Source of the DNA: an uncultured Lachnospiraceae bacterium
GTDB taxonomy: Bacteria; Bacillota; Clostridia; Lachnospirales; Lachnospiraceae
Length of the DNA stretch: 64,000 nt
Assembly (NCBI GenBank): GCA_946405185.1
Contig: CAMJGH010000002.1
Coordinates: 5,761 to 69,760, forward strand
Direction of reading: 5' to 3'
This document shows positions 44,632 to 54,728 of this stretch, piece after piece. Both the position numbers and the translations under genes were made by a program. Below the pieces are notes generated by a model. The model searched no databases. It was not told where the DNA came from and was given only the letters and a program-made list of their open reading frames with translations. Position 1 is the stretch's first letter. Each line of letters opens with the position of its first letter.

Positions 44632-45581
44632 TCGGCACCTCCTTCCTGCGCTTCACCCTCCGCGGCGGAAGGCGTTTCCGTCTCTGCGGCGGTTTCGGCC
44701 TCCGATCCGGCTTCCGTCTCCCTCTCAATGGGGATGGGCGGCTCGCCGTCGGCCGAAAGCACGACGAGGACATTTTTCAGATGCGCGAAATCCACCGCCG
44801 GGATCAGGCGGGCGCTGTACGAAAGCTTGTCCGCGTTCTGTCTCAGGTCCGTCACGGTGCCGATGGGAATGCCGCAGGCAAACCGGGCGGAAATGTGGCT
44901 GGTGACCAGCTGGATGCCGTTTTCGATGGTGGAATCATTGTCGATGAACGTGACCGGAAGGTACCCCTGCCGGTAGGCGTTTTCATCGCCCTCCACGATG
45001 CAGGTGTCCAGCGTGTCCGGGCGCATGGCCGAGACGTTGGTCTCGTGGTCGATCAGCGTGCGGACAACGGCAAAATTCTTCGCAACGGAAACCACCAGAC
45101 CCACCAGACCGTCTTCGTTGAGCACGGTCTGACCGGTCCGGATGCCGTCGGCCTCCCCCTTGTCGATCATGACGGTATAGTCAAAGTTGGCAAAGCCCGT
45201 GGAGATCACGCTGGCGCCGACCGTCTCGTACCCGCTGTAATAATCCCGGATGCCGGTCAGCTTCCGAAGACGGTCCAGCTCCGCCAGGTCCGTTCCCACC
45301 AGGTCCAGGCGCTCCTGCAGGGCGTCGATCTGCGCCTGCAGCGCCACGTTCTCCGCGGTGAGTTCCCGGACGGTGCGCCGCTCACGGGAAACACCCGACA
45401 GAGCCCGCCCCACCTGGTTGACGCCCGTCTGAAAAGGCACGACAACAGCGCCGACCGCGGTGCGTATGGACACACCGGCCCCGCTGCTGAAATAACTCAC
45501 GATCAGGGAGGCCGCACACACCAGCGTGAGCAGCCCCAGCATGGCGCGTGCGGACAGATTGATCCTTCCGAATTTCTTCAT
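44628..45581 (-). CDS. mreC: Rod shape-determining protein MreC (acidic C-terminal tail)
   Basis: N-terminal TM, coiled coil 'ENVALQAQIDALQERLD', beta-barrel region 'GLVGLVVSV...'. Confidence 0.85.
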   Translation of the reverse strand: MKKFGRINLSARAMLGLLTLVCAASLIVSYFSSGAGVSIRTAVGAVVVPFQTGVNQVGRALSGVSRERRTVRELTAENVALQAQIDALQERLDLVGTDLAELDRLRKLTGIRDYYSGYETVGASVISTGFANFDYTVMIDKGEADGIRTGQTVLNEDGLVGLVVSVAKNFAVVRTLIDHETNVSAMRPDTLDTCIVEGDENAYRQGYLPVTFIDNDSTIENGIQLVTSHISARFACGIPIGTVTDLRQNADKLSYSARLIPAVDFAHLKNVLVVLSADGEPPIPIERETEAGSEAETAAETETPSAAEGEAQEGGAE

Positions 45582-45584
45582 GTT

Positions 45585-46310
45585 CTACAGCAATCCCCGT
45601 TCCCGTAAGCTCACGTACCGCCCGTCACCGATGATCAGGTGGTCCGTCAGCCGGATTCCAACAATATCGGCCGCTTCCCGCACCCGCCTGGTGAGGAGGA
45701 TGTCCTCCTCGGAGGGTTCCGGGTCCCCGCCGGGATGGTTGTGGAGCATCAGGAAGGCGGCCGCGCGGCTGCGCAGCGCTTCCAAAAGGATCTCCCGCGG
45801 GGTGATGACGGATGTGTCGGCCGTCCCGAGTGACACCACGCTCTCCCGCACGAGGCGCAGGCGGGTGTTCAGGAAGACGACCAGCAGCTGCTCCTGCGGC
45901 AGGCGGCGCAGCTGTTCCATGTAGTAGTCGGCGGCTTTGCCCGGTTCGTCCAGTACCAGGTCCCTGGCCGCCTTTTCGCGCGCCAGCCGTCTGGCCAGCT
46001 CCGCAATGCAGACAAGCTGTATGGCCCGCACCCGGCCCACACAGGTCAGCTGCCTCATCTGCGGCACCGACAGAGACAGAAGCTCTGTCAGGCCTTTTGT
46101 CTGCGCCAGGATCTCGCGGGAGACGTCCACGACGTCTTTCCCCTGCATGCCGGTGCGCAGGATGACGGCCAGCAGTTCTTCGTCAGCCAGCACTTCCGGG
46201 CCGAACTGTTCGCAGCGCTCGTACGGGCGGGTCATATCCCCCGCCGCCTGGCTTTTGCTCTTATGTGACAATGTGTCCCTTTCCCACTCTCCAGGTGTTT
46301 TGGAAGACAT
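45585..46310 (-). CDS. radC: RadC-family JAB/MPN domain protein
   Basis: HhH N-terminus 'LADEELLAVILRTG' and JAMM motif 'HNHPGGDPEPSEED'. Confidence 0.88.
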   Translation of the reverse strand: MSSKTPGEWERDTLSHKSKSQAAGDMTRPYERCEQFGPEVLADEELLAVILRTGMQGKDVVDVSREILAQTKGLTELLSLSVPQMRQLTCVGRVRAIQLVCIAELARRLAREKAARDLVLDEPGKAADYYMEQLRRLPQEQLLVVFLNTRLRLVRESVVSLGTADTSVITPREILLEALRSRAAAFLMLHNHPGGDPEPSEEDILLTRRVREAADIVGIRLTDHLIIGDGRYVSLRERGLL

Positions 46311-46355
46311 TTCTCACAAAAGAACGCCCGAAAACGATGCGTAATTGTGGTTATT

Positions 46356-47627
46356 TTAGCATAACGTCAGGCCTTCATCAACCAGTTTCTGAACCGCCAT
46401 CAGCACGCCCGTCTTGGCGTGATACCACGTCAGACCGCCCTGGAAGAACACCGAATACGGTTCTTTTAACGGCCCGTCGGCCGACAGTTCGATGGACGAG
46501 CCCTGCACGAACGCGCCTGCGGCCATGATGACCGGCGCGTCGTACCCGGGCATATCCCACGGCTCCGGCGCCACAAAGCTGTCCACCGGCGCGGCGGCCT
46601 GAATGCCGCGGCAGAAGGCCACCAGCAGCTCCGGCTTGCGCAGGATCACCTGCTGGATGATGTCGTACCTGGGCGTCTCCGGCCGCGGGATGACTTCAAA
46701 GCCCAGCCCCTCAAAGCAGCTGGCCGCAAAGACGGCTCCCTTGATGGCCGAGGCCGTCACGGTCGGTGCCAGGAAAAAGCCCTGGAACATCGAAGGCAGC
46801 AGCCCCAGCGAGGCGCCCACCTCGGCGCCGAGGCCCGGAGCATTCAGCCGGTAGGCACAGCGGTCGATGATGTCCTGCCGCCCCGCCAGATACCCGCCGG
46901 TGGAAGCCAGCCCGCCGCCCGGATTCTTGATCAGCGACCCGACCACCAGGTCCGCGCCCACATCCGACGGCTCGATCTCTTCGGCAAACTCGCCGTAGCA
47001 GTTGTCTACCATGCAGATGACATCCGGCTTCACGGCTTTGACGGCCGCGATGATCTGCCCGATCTTCTCACACGAAAGCGTGGGACGGGACGAATACCCG
47101 CGTGAGCGCTGGATCTCCACCAGCCGGGTGCGCTCGTTGATCCTGCTCACGATGGCCGGGATATCCGGATCCCCGTTCTCATCCGGGTCCGCCTGCGCGT
47201 ACGTGATGCCATACTCCGCCAGCGAACCGGCCGACGGACGGATGCCGATCACTTCTTCCAGCGTGTCGTAGGGCTTGCCCACGGCGGATAAGATCTCATC
47301 GCCCGGGTGCAGGCAGGCCCACAGGCCCACCGTCAGCGCGTGCGTGCCGCAGGTGATCTGCGGGCGCACCAGCGCGGCTTCCGTGTGAAAGGTATCCGCA
47401 TAGACGGCCGCCAGCGTGTCGCGCCCGGCATCGTTGTACCCGTAGCCGGTGGACGTGCCCAGATGGGCTTCCGCCAGGCGGTTTTTCTGCATGGCCGCCA
47501 GCACCTTCAGCTGATTGGCTTCGGCCACCCGGTCGATGGCCGCAAAACGGGCAGTCAGTTCCGCCTCTTTCTTCTCTCCGTATGCCTGTACGGCGGGGGA
47601 AATGCCCACCGTGGAATAATCGATCAT
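46356..47627 (-). CDS. PLP-dependent methionine gamma-lyase-family / aluminium-resistance (YnbB-like) protein
   Basis: 'GYGYNDAGRDTL' and 'SLIKNPGGGLA' blocks are typical of this family. Frequently linked to miaA in Firmicutes. Confidence 0.75.
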   Translation of the reverse strand: MIDYSTVGISPAVQAYGEKKEAELTARFAAIDRVAEANQLKVLAAMQKNRLAEAHLGTSTGYGYNDAGRDTLAAVYADTFHTEAALVRPQITCGTHALTVGLWACLHPGDEILSAVGKPYDTLEEVIGIRPSAGSLAEYGITYAQADPDENGDPDIPAIVSRINERTRLVEIQRSRGYSSRPTLSCEKIGQIIAAVKAVKPDVICMVDNCYGEFAEEIEPSDVGADLVVGSLIKNPGGGLASTGGYLAGRQDIIDRCAYRLNAPGLGAEVGASLGLLPSMFQGFFLAPTVTASAIKGAVFAASCFEGLGFEVIPRPETPRYDIIQQVILRKPELLVAFCRGIQAAAPVDSFVAPEPWDMPGYDAPVIMAAGAFVQGSSIELSADGPLKEPYSVFFQGGLTWYHAKTGVLMAVQKLVDEGLTLC

Positions 47628-48565
47628 ATTGTCTGTTTCCTTTGCCGTTCTTCTTCAAGCTGCGCGATCACCCGTGCGGTGGCGGCCGCATCGCCGCCGT
47701 ATTCATCCACGTCGAGGCGCACCATGCCTTCGGTGTGCCGAAACCACGTCAGCTGCCGCTTGGCAAAATGCCTGGTATTGAGTTTGATGAGCGCACGGGC
47801 TTCGTCCAGCGTGCACTCCCCGGCGCACCAGGCGTACAGTTCCTTGTACCCCAGGCCCTGCATGGCCGTGCTCGTGCGGACAGCCCCCGCATCATACAGC
47901 CGTCTGACTTCTTCTGCAAGCCCTTCGTCAAACATCGCATCCACGCGCTGTTCGATGCGCGCGTAGAGCTTCGCCCGGTCCCGGTCCAGGAAATACATCC
48001 CGGTATCGTAAGGCGACGGGCGCTGCTTTTCTCTCTCATTGTGGGCCGAGATGGGCGTGCCGGTCTGCCGGTAGAACTCCAGCGCCCGGATCAGGCGCTT
48101 TTTGTTGTTGGCATGGATGGCGATGGCACTCTCCGGGTCCACCTCCTCCACCATCCGGTAGAGTTCTTCGGCGGGTTTTTCTTCCAGTTCCCGCCGGTAG
48201 TCCGCATCCTCCGCCGTTTCGGTGAAATCGATATCCCGCAGCAGCGCCTGCAGATAAAACCCCGTGCCGCCGGCCACAATGACCGGCTTGCCGCGCCCGG
48301 CGATGTCTTCCGCCGCCGCCTTGGCCATGGACTGAAAGCGCACCACATCAAACGGCTCCGACGGATCCAGCACGTCGATCATCCAGTGGCGGACGCCTTT
48401 CATCTCTTCTTTTGTCACTTTGGCCGTGCCGATGTCCATGCCGCGGTAGACCTGCATGGAATCCGCGCTGATGATCTCGCCGTCCAGGAGCCTGGCCAGT
48501 TCCACGGAGACCGCCGTCTTGCCCACCGCCGTGGGCCCGGCCACCGCGATCATATGGATGCTCAT
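47624..48565 (-). CDS. miaA: tRNA dimethylallyltransferase
   Basis: 'IAVAGPTAVGKTAVSVELA' and 'EIISADSMQVYRGMDIGTAK'. ATGA overlap with the mutL stop. The upstream-extended ORF (to 48733) overlaps mutL and is rejected. Confidence 0.9.
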   Translation of the reverse strand: MSIHMIAVAGPTAVGKTAVSVELARLLDGEIISADSMQVYRGMDIGTAKVTKEEMKGVRHWMIDVLDPSEPFDVVRFQSMAKAAAEDIAGRGKPVIVAGGTGFYLQALLRDIDFTETAEDADYRRELEEKPAEELYRMVEEVDPESAIAIHANNKKRLIRALEFYRQTGTPISAHNEREKQRPSPYDTGMYFLDRDRAKLYARIEQRVDAMFDEGLAEEVRRLYDAGAVRTSTAMQGLGYKELYAWCAGECTLDEARALIKLNTRHFAKRQLTWFRHTEGMVRLDVDEYGGDAAATARVIAQLEEERQRKQTI

Positions 48566-50625
48566 CACACGATCCTCTTGAATTTCTTGTCCAGCTCGGC
48601 GCGCGTGAACGAGATCAGCGTGGGCCGCCCGTGCGGGCACGCATACGGGTTCTCGCACTGCATCAGCTGGTCGATCAGCGACTGCGCCTCCGCCAGGGAG
48701 TATGTATGGTTGCCTTTGATGGCCGCCTTGCATGACAGCGACGCCGCCTTGTTCAGGATGGTCTCCTGCGACAGCCGCCCTTCGGCCGCCAGGCCGTCGA
48801 GCACTTCCAGGAAGAGCGCACGGGGATCCACCCCCAGGGCGCCGGCCGGCACCGCGCCGATGGCGTACTCGCGCCCGCCGTAATAGGTGATCTCATAGCC
48901 CAGCTTCTCAAACACCTCGCGGTGCGTGCGCAGCACCTCCCCCTCACGCTCGGACACCTGCACGATGACAGGCGGCGAGACCATCTGCGAATCCGGCGCC
49001 TGCTCTTCGGCCAGGCGCTTTACCGTGCGCTCATAGAGGATCTTTTCATGCGCGGCGTGCTGGTCCATGATGTAGAACTTATCGCCCATCTCGATCAGCC
49101 AGAACGTGCCGAACACCTGCCCGATGATGCGGCGGTCCACCGCCGCCTGCTTATCCAGAAAGTGCCCGTCAAAGAGCGTCATCTGCTCCGGCTTCGGAGT
49201 GGGCTTTTCTTCAGGAGCCTGCTCCGGCTGCGGCTGAGGCACCGCCTGCGTTTCCGGAACGTTCTGGTAAGCGGCCGGGTCTTCTGACGGCTGTACAGGC
49301 GCCACGGAAGGTTCCGTCTTCGGCCCGATGCGGTACGGCGTGGCTTCCTCCGAGAAGTTCATGGCGTGCGCGTACGGCGCCCGGAAACTCCCGGAAGAAG
49401 GAGCTGCCGGAGCTGCGTGATACGTTCCGAGCGACCGGTACTGCCCGCCCATAGACGGAGCCGGACGGCCGAAACCCGCCATCTCGCGGACGGCTTCCTG
49501 CGGCGTCTCCGGTGCAGCCGGGCGGATGGGCGCCTGCGGGCGGTTTTCCTTTTCAAACGGCTCCTCGCCGGTGCGCCCGGCGGGCGCTTCCTGACGCACC
49601 TCTTCCGTCAGGGCCACATCGGCGATGAACTCACGGCCGGTCAGGGCGTTCTTCACGGCGCCGTAGACCATGCGGTAGATGGCATCCTCGCTGCGGAAGC
49701 GGATCTCACGCTTGGCCGGGTGCACGTTGACATCCAGATACTCGCCGGGAATACGGATGTCCAGCACCGCGAACGGATACCGGTGCTGCATCATGAACGG
49801 CTTGAAGGCCTCCTCCACGGCGCGGCTGATCATGCCGCTGGTGATGCTGCGGCCGTTGACAAACACCGTCTCATACCCGCGGTTGCCGCGGGCGATGACC
49901 GGCTTTCCCACAAAGCCGGTCAGTTCGGCGCCCAGTTCCTGCGAGCGCCCCTGCACCGGCAGGAGGTTCTCATGGATCTCACGGCCGTAGACCGCGTAGA
50001 TCACGTCTTTCAGTTTTCCGTTGCCGGACGTGTCCAGCTTGGTCTGGCCGTTGACGATCAGGCGGACGGACACCGCCGGATTGGAAAGCGCCAGCTTCTC
50101 GCACACCTCGGTCACGTAGGCACTCTCGGTGGCGGCGGTCTTTAAGAACTTCCGTCTGGCCGGCACCGCGCCAAAGAGGTTCTTCACCAGGAACGTGGTG
50201 CCGTTCGGCGCGCCCACGGCCGACAGGCCTTTTTCTTCACCGTTTTCGATACGGTAGTCGCTCCCCTCCACGGCTTCCGCCGTCTTGGTGATCAGCTCCA
50301 CCTCCGCCACCGATGCGATACTGGACAAGGCCTCTCCGCGGAACCCCAGGCTGGTCACGCCGATCAGATCGGCCGCCGTGCGGATCTTGCTGGTGGCGTG
50401 GCGCGCGAAGGCCAGCTTCACCTGGTCCGCATCGATCCCGCAGCCGTTGTCGGTCACGCGGATCAGCTCGGTCCCGCCGCCTTTGATCTCCACCGTCACC
50501 GCCGTGGCGCCGGCATCGACGGCGTTCTCGGTCAGTTCCTTGACGACCGAAGCCGGCCGCTCGATCACCTCGCCGGCGGCTATCTGGTCGATGGTCTGTT
50601 TGTCCAGCTGTACAATGGTGGGCAT
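48565..50625 (-). CDS. mutL: DNA mismatch repair protein MutL
   Basis: GHKL ATPase 'IAAGEVIERPASVVKELTENAVDAGA', 'GFRGEAL', and C-terminal dimerisation domain 'CPHGRPT'. Confidence 0.95.
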   Translation of the reverse strand: MPTIVQLDKQTIDQIAAGEVIERPASVVKELTENAVDAGATAVTVEIKGGGTELIRVTDNGCGIDADQVKLAFARHATSKIRTAADLIGVTSLGFRGEALSSIASVAEVELITKTAEAVEGSDYRIENGEEKGLSAVGAPNGTTFLVKNLFGAVPARRKFLKTAATESAYVTEVCEKLALSNPAVSVRLIVNGQTKLDTSGNGKLKDVIYAVYGREIHENLLPVQGRSQELGAELTGFVGKPVIARGNRGYETVFVNGRSITSGMISRAVEEAFKPFMMQHRYPFAVLDIRIPGEYLDVNVHPAKREIRFRSEDAIYRMVYGAVKNALTGREFIADVALTEEVRQEAPAGRTGEEPFEKENRPQAPIRPAAPETPQEAVREMAGFGRPAPSMGGQYRSLGTYHAAPAAPSSGSFRAPYAHAMNFSEEATPYRIGPKTEPSVAPVQPSEDPAAYQNVPETQAVPQPQPEQAPEEKPTPKPEQMTLFDGHFLDKQAAVDRRIIGQVFGTFWLIEMGDKFYIMDQHAAHEKILYERTVKRLAEEQAPDSQMVSPPVIVQVSEREGEVLRTHREVFEKLGYEITYYGGREYAIGAVPAGALGVDPRALFLEVLDGLAAEGRLSQETILNKAASLSCKAAIKGNHTYSLAEAQSLIDQLMQCENPYACPHGRPTLISFTRAELDKKFKRIV

Positions 50626-50628
50626 TTC

Positions 50629-53289
50629 TTACCTCTTTTTCAGTCTCGTCTGCAGCGAATAGAGCGCGTTCATGGCTTCAAACGGCGTCATCTGCGCCAG
50701 ATCGTACCGCTTGATCTCTTCGAGCAGGTCGTCCTTCGGCTCCTCCTCAAAAAGCGAGAGCTGCCCGTCGTCGGCCGCCTCTTTGCTCCGCTGTGCTTTT
50801 TTCTTGCCGCCGGCTTCCTGCACCAGCTCGCGGGCGCGCACGTTGATGTCCGCATCGGAGAGCTGTCCGACCAGCTCCTTGGCACGCGTGAGCACCCGCT
50901 CCGGCAGGCCCGCCAGCCGGGCCACCTGGATGCCGTAGCTCTTGTCGGCACCGCCCGTGATGATCTTGCGCAGGAAAACGATCTCCTCCCCCTGCTCCTT
51001 CACGGCGATGCAGTAGTTGTGCACGCCGGGCAGCGTCCCTTCCAGTTCGGTCAGTTCGTGATAGTGGGTGGCAAAGAGCGTCTTAGCCCCCACCAGCTGC
51101 TTGTCGGCAATGTATTCCAGCACCGCCCAGGCGATGCTCATGCCGTCAAACGTGGAGGTGCCGCGGCCGATCTCATCGAGGATCAGCAGCGAGTTGCGGG
51201 TGGCGTTCTTCAGGATGTCCGCCACCTCGTTCATCTCCAGCATGAAAGTGGACTGGCCGCTGGCCAGATCATCCGACGCGCCCACGCGGGTAAAGATGCG
51301 GTCGCAGATGCCGATGTCCGCCTCCGCCGCCGGCACGAAGCTCCCCACCTGTGCCATCAGCACGATCAGCGCGGCCTGGCGCATGTAGGTGGACTTGCCG
51401 GCCATGTTCGGGCCGGTGATGATGGCCACGCGGTTGTCCTTGTTGTCCAGATACGTGTCGTTGGCCACAAACGAGCCGTCGCGCGTCATCTGTTCCACCA
51501 CGGGGTGCCGGCCGTCCTTGATGCGGATGATGCCCTTGTGGTTGATCTGCGGGCGCACGTACCGGTTGGCGGCGGCCACCGCGGCCAGCGAGGCAAATGC
51601 GTCCAGCGACGCCACGGCCTGCGTGGTCTTCGTGATGCGGTCGATCTCGGCCGCCACGGCCTCGCGCACGTCCGTAAACAGCTTGTATTCCAGATCGCCC
51701 AGGCGCTCTTCGGCGCCCAGGATCATCTCCTCCAGTTCCTTCAGACGCGGGGTGATGTAGCGCTCGGCGCCGGTCAGCGTCTGCTTGCGCACGTAGTCCT
51801 CCGGCACCTTGTCCTTGAAGGAGTTGGTCACTTCCAGATAATAGCCGAACACCTTGTTGTAGCGGATGCGCAGCGTCCGGATGCCCGTGCGTTCGCGCTC
51901 GGCGGCTTCCAGCTCGGAGATCCACGTCTTGCCTTCGGTCTGCGAGCGCCGCAGGAGGTCGACTTCTTCGGAATAGCCCGTCTTGATGATGCCGCCGTCT
52001 TTGACCAGCACCGGCGCATCTTCATCGATGGCGCGCGTGATCAGGCTTTCAACATCCGCCAGTTCATCGATCTGCTCCCGGAGGGCGTCCGTGCGCGGAT
52101 GGTGGAACTCCGTCAGCACCCCGCGGATGGGCGGCAGCATGCGCAGCGACTTGGCAAAGGCGATCAGATCCTTCGGGCCCGCCGTGCCGGAGCAGATCTT
52201 CACCGACAGCCGCTCCAGATCGTAGATGGGATTCAGGTACTCCCGCAGTTCCTCGCGGGCCACATACTCGCCCGTCAGGGCTTCCACCGTGTCCAGACGC
52301 TCTTCGATGGCCGCCTGGTCCATGAGCGGCTGCTCCAGCCACGAACGCAGGTGTCTGGCCCCCATGGCCGTGCAGGTCTTATCCAGCACCCACAGAAGCG
52401 ACCCCTTGCGGGTCTTGTCCCGCAGCGTCTCGGTGATCTCCAGGTTCCGTCTGGCCGTCTGGTCCAGCACCATGTAACGGGCCGTCTCGTAGGTGGTCAT
52501 GACGGTCAGGTACCCCAGCGCGGATTTCTGCGTCTGGTGCAGGTACGACAGGAGCGCGCCGGCGGCGAGAGTTCCCATGGGATACTCCGCAAAGCCTTTG
52601 TCGGCCGTCTCTTCGCCGAAATGCTGGGTGATCAGCCGGCGGGCGCGATCCTCCTCGAACGAAGCCGCATCCAGCACACCCTCCGCGAACATCACCCCGC
52701 GGTCCTTCAGGCCGGACAGATCCACGCCGCTCATCGAAAAGGCGGCGTTGTAGACGATCTCCGACGGCGCGTAGCGGCTCACCTCATCGATAAGGCGGGC
52801 GGCATCGCTCACTTCCGTCACAAAGAACGCTCCCGTGGTGATGTCCGTGACCGCCAGACCCAGTGCCCCTTCCAGGAACGCGATGCACATCAGGTAGTTG
52901 TTGCGCGTGGAATCCAGCGCTTCCGACGCCATGATGGTGCCGGGCGTGACCACGCGGGTCACTTCGCGCTTGACCAGGCCTTTCGCAAACCGCGGGTCCT
53001 CCATCTGTTCGCCGATGGCCACCCGGTAGCCGGCCTGCACCATCTTGGTGATGTAGGCATCCACCGCGTGGTACGGCACGCCGCACATAGGCGCCCGGTG
53101 ATCCAGCCCGCACTCCTTGCCGGTCAGCGTCAGCTCCAGCACGCGCGCGCCGATCTCGGCGTCCTCAAAGAACATCTCATAGAAATCCCCCAGACGGTAG
53201 AACAGGATGCAGTCCGGGTATTCCTCTTTGGTCTCCAGGTATTTTTGCATCATCGGAGAAAGCTGTTTTCTCTCCGCCTCTGTCAGCAT
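50629..53289 (-). CDS. mutS: DNA mismatch repair protein MutS
   Basis: 'TPMMQKY', 'FYEMFFEDA', Walker A 'GPNMAGKSTYMRQ' and 'DEIGRGTSTFDG'. Confidence 0.96.
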   Translation of the reverse strand: MLTEAERKQLSPMMQKYLETKEEYPDCILFYRLGDFYEMFFEDAEIGARVLELTLTGKECGLDHRAPMCGVPYHAVDAYITKMVQAGYRVAIGEQMEDPRFAKGLVKREVTRVVTPGTIMASEALDSTRNNYLMCIAFLEGALGLAVTDITTGAFFVTEVSDAARLIDEVSRYAPSEIVYNAAFSMSGVDLSGLKDRGVMFAEGVLDAASFEEDRARRLITQHFGEETADKGFAEYPMGTLAAGALLSYLHQTQKSALGYLTVMTTYETARYMVLDQTARRNLEITETLRDKTRKGSLLWVLDKTCTAMGARHLRSWLEQPLMDQAAIEERLDTVEALTGEYVAREELREYLNPIYDLERLSVKICSGTAGPKDLIAFAKSLRMLPPIRGVLTEFHHPRTDALREQIDELADVESLITRAIDEDAPVLVKDGGIIKTGYSEEVDLLRRSQTEGKTWISELEAAERERTGIRTLRIRYNKVFGYYLEVTNSFKDKVPEDYVRKQTLTGAERYITPRLKELEEMILGAEERLGDLEYKLFTDVREAVAAEIDRITKTTQAVASLDAFASLAAVAAANRYVRPQINHKGIIRIKDGRHPVVEQMTRDGSFVANDTYLDNKDNRVAIITGPNMAGKSTYMRQAALIVLMAQVGSFVPAAEADIGICDRIFTRVGASDDLASGQSTFMLEMNEVADILKNATRNSLLILDEIGRGTSTFDGMSIAWAVLEYIADKQLVGAKTLFATHYHELTELEGTLPGVHNYCIAVKEQGEEIVFLRKIITGGADKSYGIQVARLAGLPERVLTRAKELVGQLSDADINVRARELVQEAGGKKKAQRSKEAADDGQLSLFEEEPKDDLLEEIKRYDLAQMTPFEAMNALYSLQTRLKKR

Positions 53290-54728
53290 GAAGCCACCTC
53301 GCCCATGTAATAAAAGCCTTTCGATTCCGTCAGATGCACCGGAACAATGGTCCCGATCATCGCCGGATCTCCCGGGAAATGCACCATGGTGTTGCCGGAC
53401 AGGCGCCCGGTAACATACCCCTCACGCTCCGCGTCCGCCTCTTCCACCAGGGCTTCCTCAACGGTCCCCACTCTGGCAGCGTTCTTCTCCGCGGCGATCT
53501 CCTGCACCAGCGCGAGCAGCCGGTCAAAGCGCGGCTGCGCTGCTTCCTTGCTCACCTGGTCCGGGAAATCCGCGGCCGGCGTGCCGGAACGGCGGGAATA
53601 CAGAAACGTGAACGCGCTGTCGTAGCGGACCCGGCGCACCACGTCCATGGTCTCTTCAAAGTCTTCCTCGGTCTCGCCCGGGAAGCCCACGATGATGTCC
53701 GTGCTCAGGCTGATGTCCGGAATGGCCGCCCGGATGCGCTCCACCAGTGCCAGATAGGATTCCTTGGTGTAGTGCCGGTTCATGCGCTTTAAGAGCGATG
53801 AGCTGCCGCTTTGCAGCGGCAGATGCAGCTGCCGGCAAACCTTCGGGCACTCCGCCATGGCTTGGATCAGCTCATCGGACAGATCCTTCGGGTGGGAGGT
53901 CATGAAGCGCACGCGCCGGATGCCCTCCACCTCGCAGACCTGTCGCAGCAGCTGCGCAAAGGTGATGGGTTCTTCGAGGCCTTTGCCGTAGGAATTGACG
54001 TTCTGGCCCAGCAGCATCACCTCGGTGACGCCGTCAGCCGCCAGGCGCCGCACCTCGTCCAGGATATCCTCCGGACGGCGGCTCTTCTCACGCCCGCGCA
54101 CGTGCGGCACGATGCAGTAGGTGCAGAAGTTGTCGCACCCGAACATGATGTTCACGCCGGCCTTGAAGCGGTATTTGCGCTCGTTGGGGAGTTCCTCCAT
54201 GATGGTCTTGGAATCCCCCTCGATCTCGATGACACGCGCATGCTCACTTAAGCACTTGTCCAGATACTCCGCAAACTTGTACAGGTTGTGCGTGCCGAAC
54301 ACCAGATTCACCACGCGGTAGTGCGTGCGGATCTCATCGGCGATGCCGTCCTCCTGCGCCAGGCACCCGCAGATGCCCACGACCATCCACGGCCGCTTTT
54401 TCTTGAGGCCGGTCAGCTGGCCCAGCCGTCCGAACACGCGGTTGGCGGCGTTCTCGCGCACCGTGCAGGTGTTCATCAGCACCACGTCGGCCTCAGCCTC
54501 CTCGGTGAGGATGAAGCCGCCCTCCCGCAGGATGCCCGCAAACTTTTCGGAATCCCGGGCGTTCATCTGGCAGCCGAACGTGCGCACGCAGCCGAAAGGC
54601 TTGCGCCCGTGCTCCTCTTCAAACGCCCGCGCGTGCCGGCGGAGCTTTGCGATATAGTAAGCCTGCCTGGCCGGCTCCTTGACGGGAGCTTCCCCGGCCA
54701 GCAGATAATCATCACCCTGAAACGTCAT
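53283..54728 (-). CDS. miaB: tRNA-2-methylthio-N6-dimethylallyladenosine synthase
   Basis: UPF0004 N-domain 'TFGCQMN', radical-SAM 'CDNFCTYCIVP', TRAM C-terminus. 7-nt overlap with the mutS start. Confidence 0.93.
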   Translation of the reverse strand: MTFQGDDYLLAGEAPVKEPARQAYYIAKLRRHARAFEEEHGRKPFGCVRTFGCQMNARDSEKFAGILREGGFILTEEAEADVVLMNTCTVRENAANRVFGRLGQLTGLKKKRPWMVVGICGCLAQEDGIADEIRTHYRVVNLVFGTHNLYKFAEYLDKCLSEHARVIEIEGDSKTIMEELPNERKYRFKAGVNIMFGCDNFCTYCIVPHVRGREKSRRPEDILDEVRRLAADGVTEVMLLGQNVNSYGKGLEEPITFAQLLRQVCEVEGIRRVRFMTSHPKDLSDELIQAMAECPKVCRQLHLPLQSGSSSLLKRMNRHYTKESYLALVERIRAAIPDISLSTDIIVGFPGETEEDFEETMDVVRRVRYDSAFTFLYSRRSGTPAADFPDQVSKEAAQPRFDRLLALVQEIAAEKNAARVGTVEEALVEEADAEREGYVTGRLSGNTMVHFPGDPAMIGTIVPVHLTESKGFYYMGEVASC

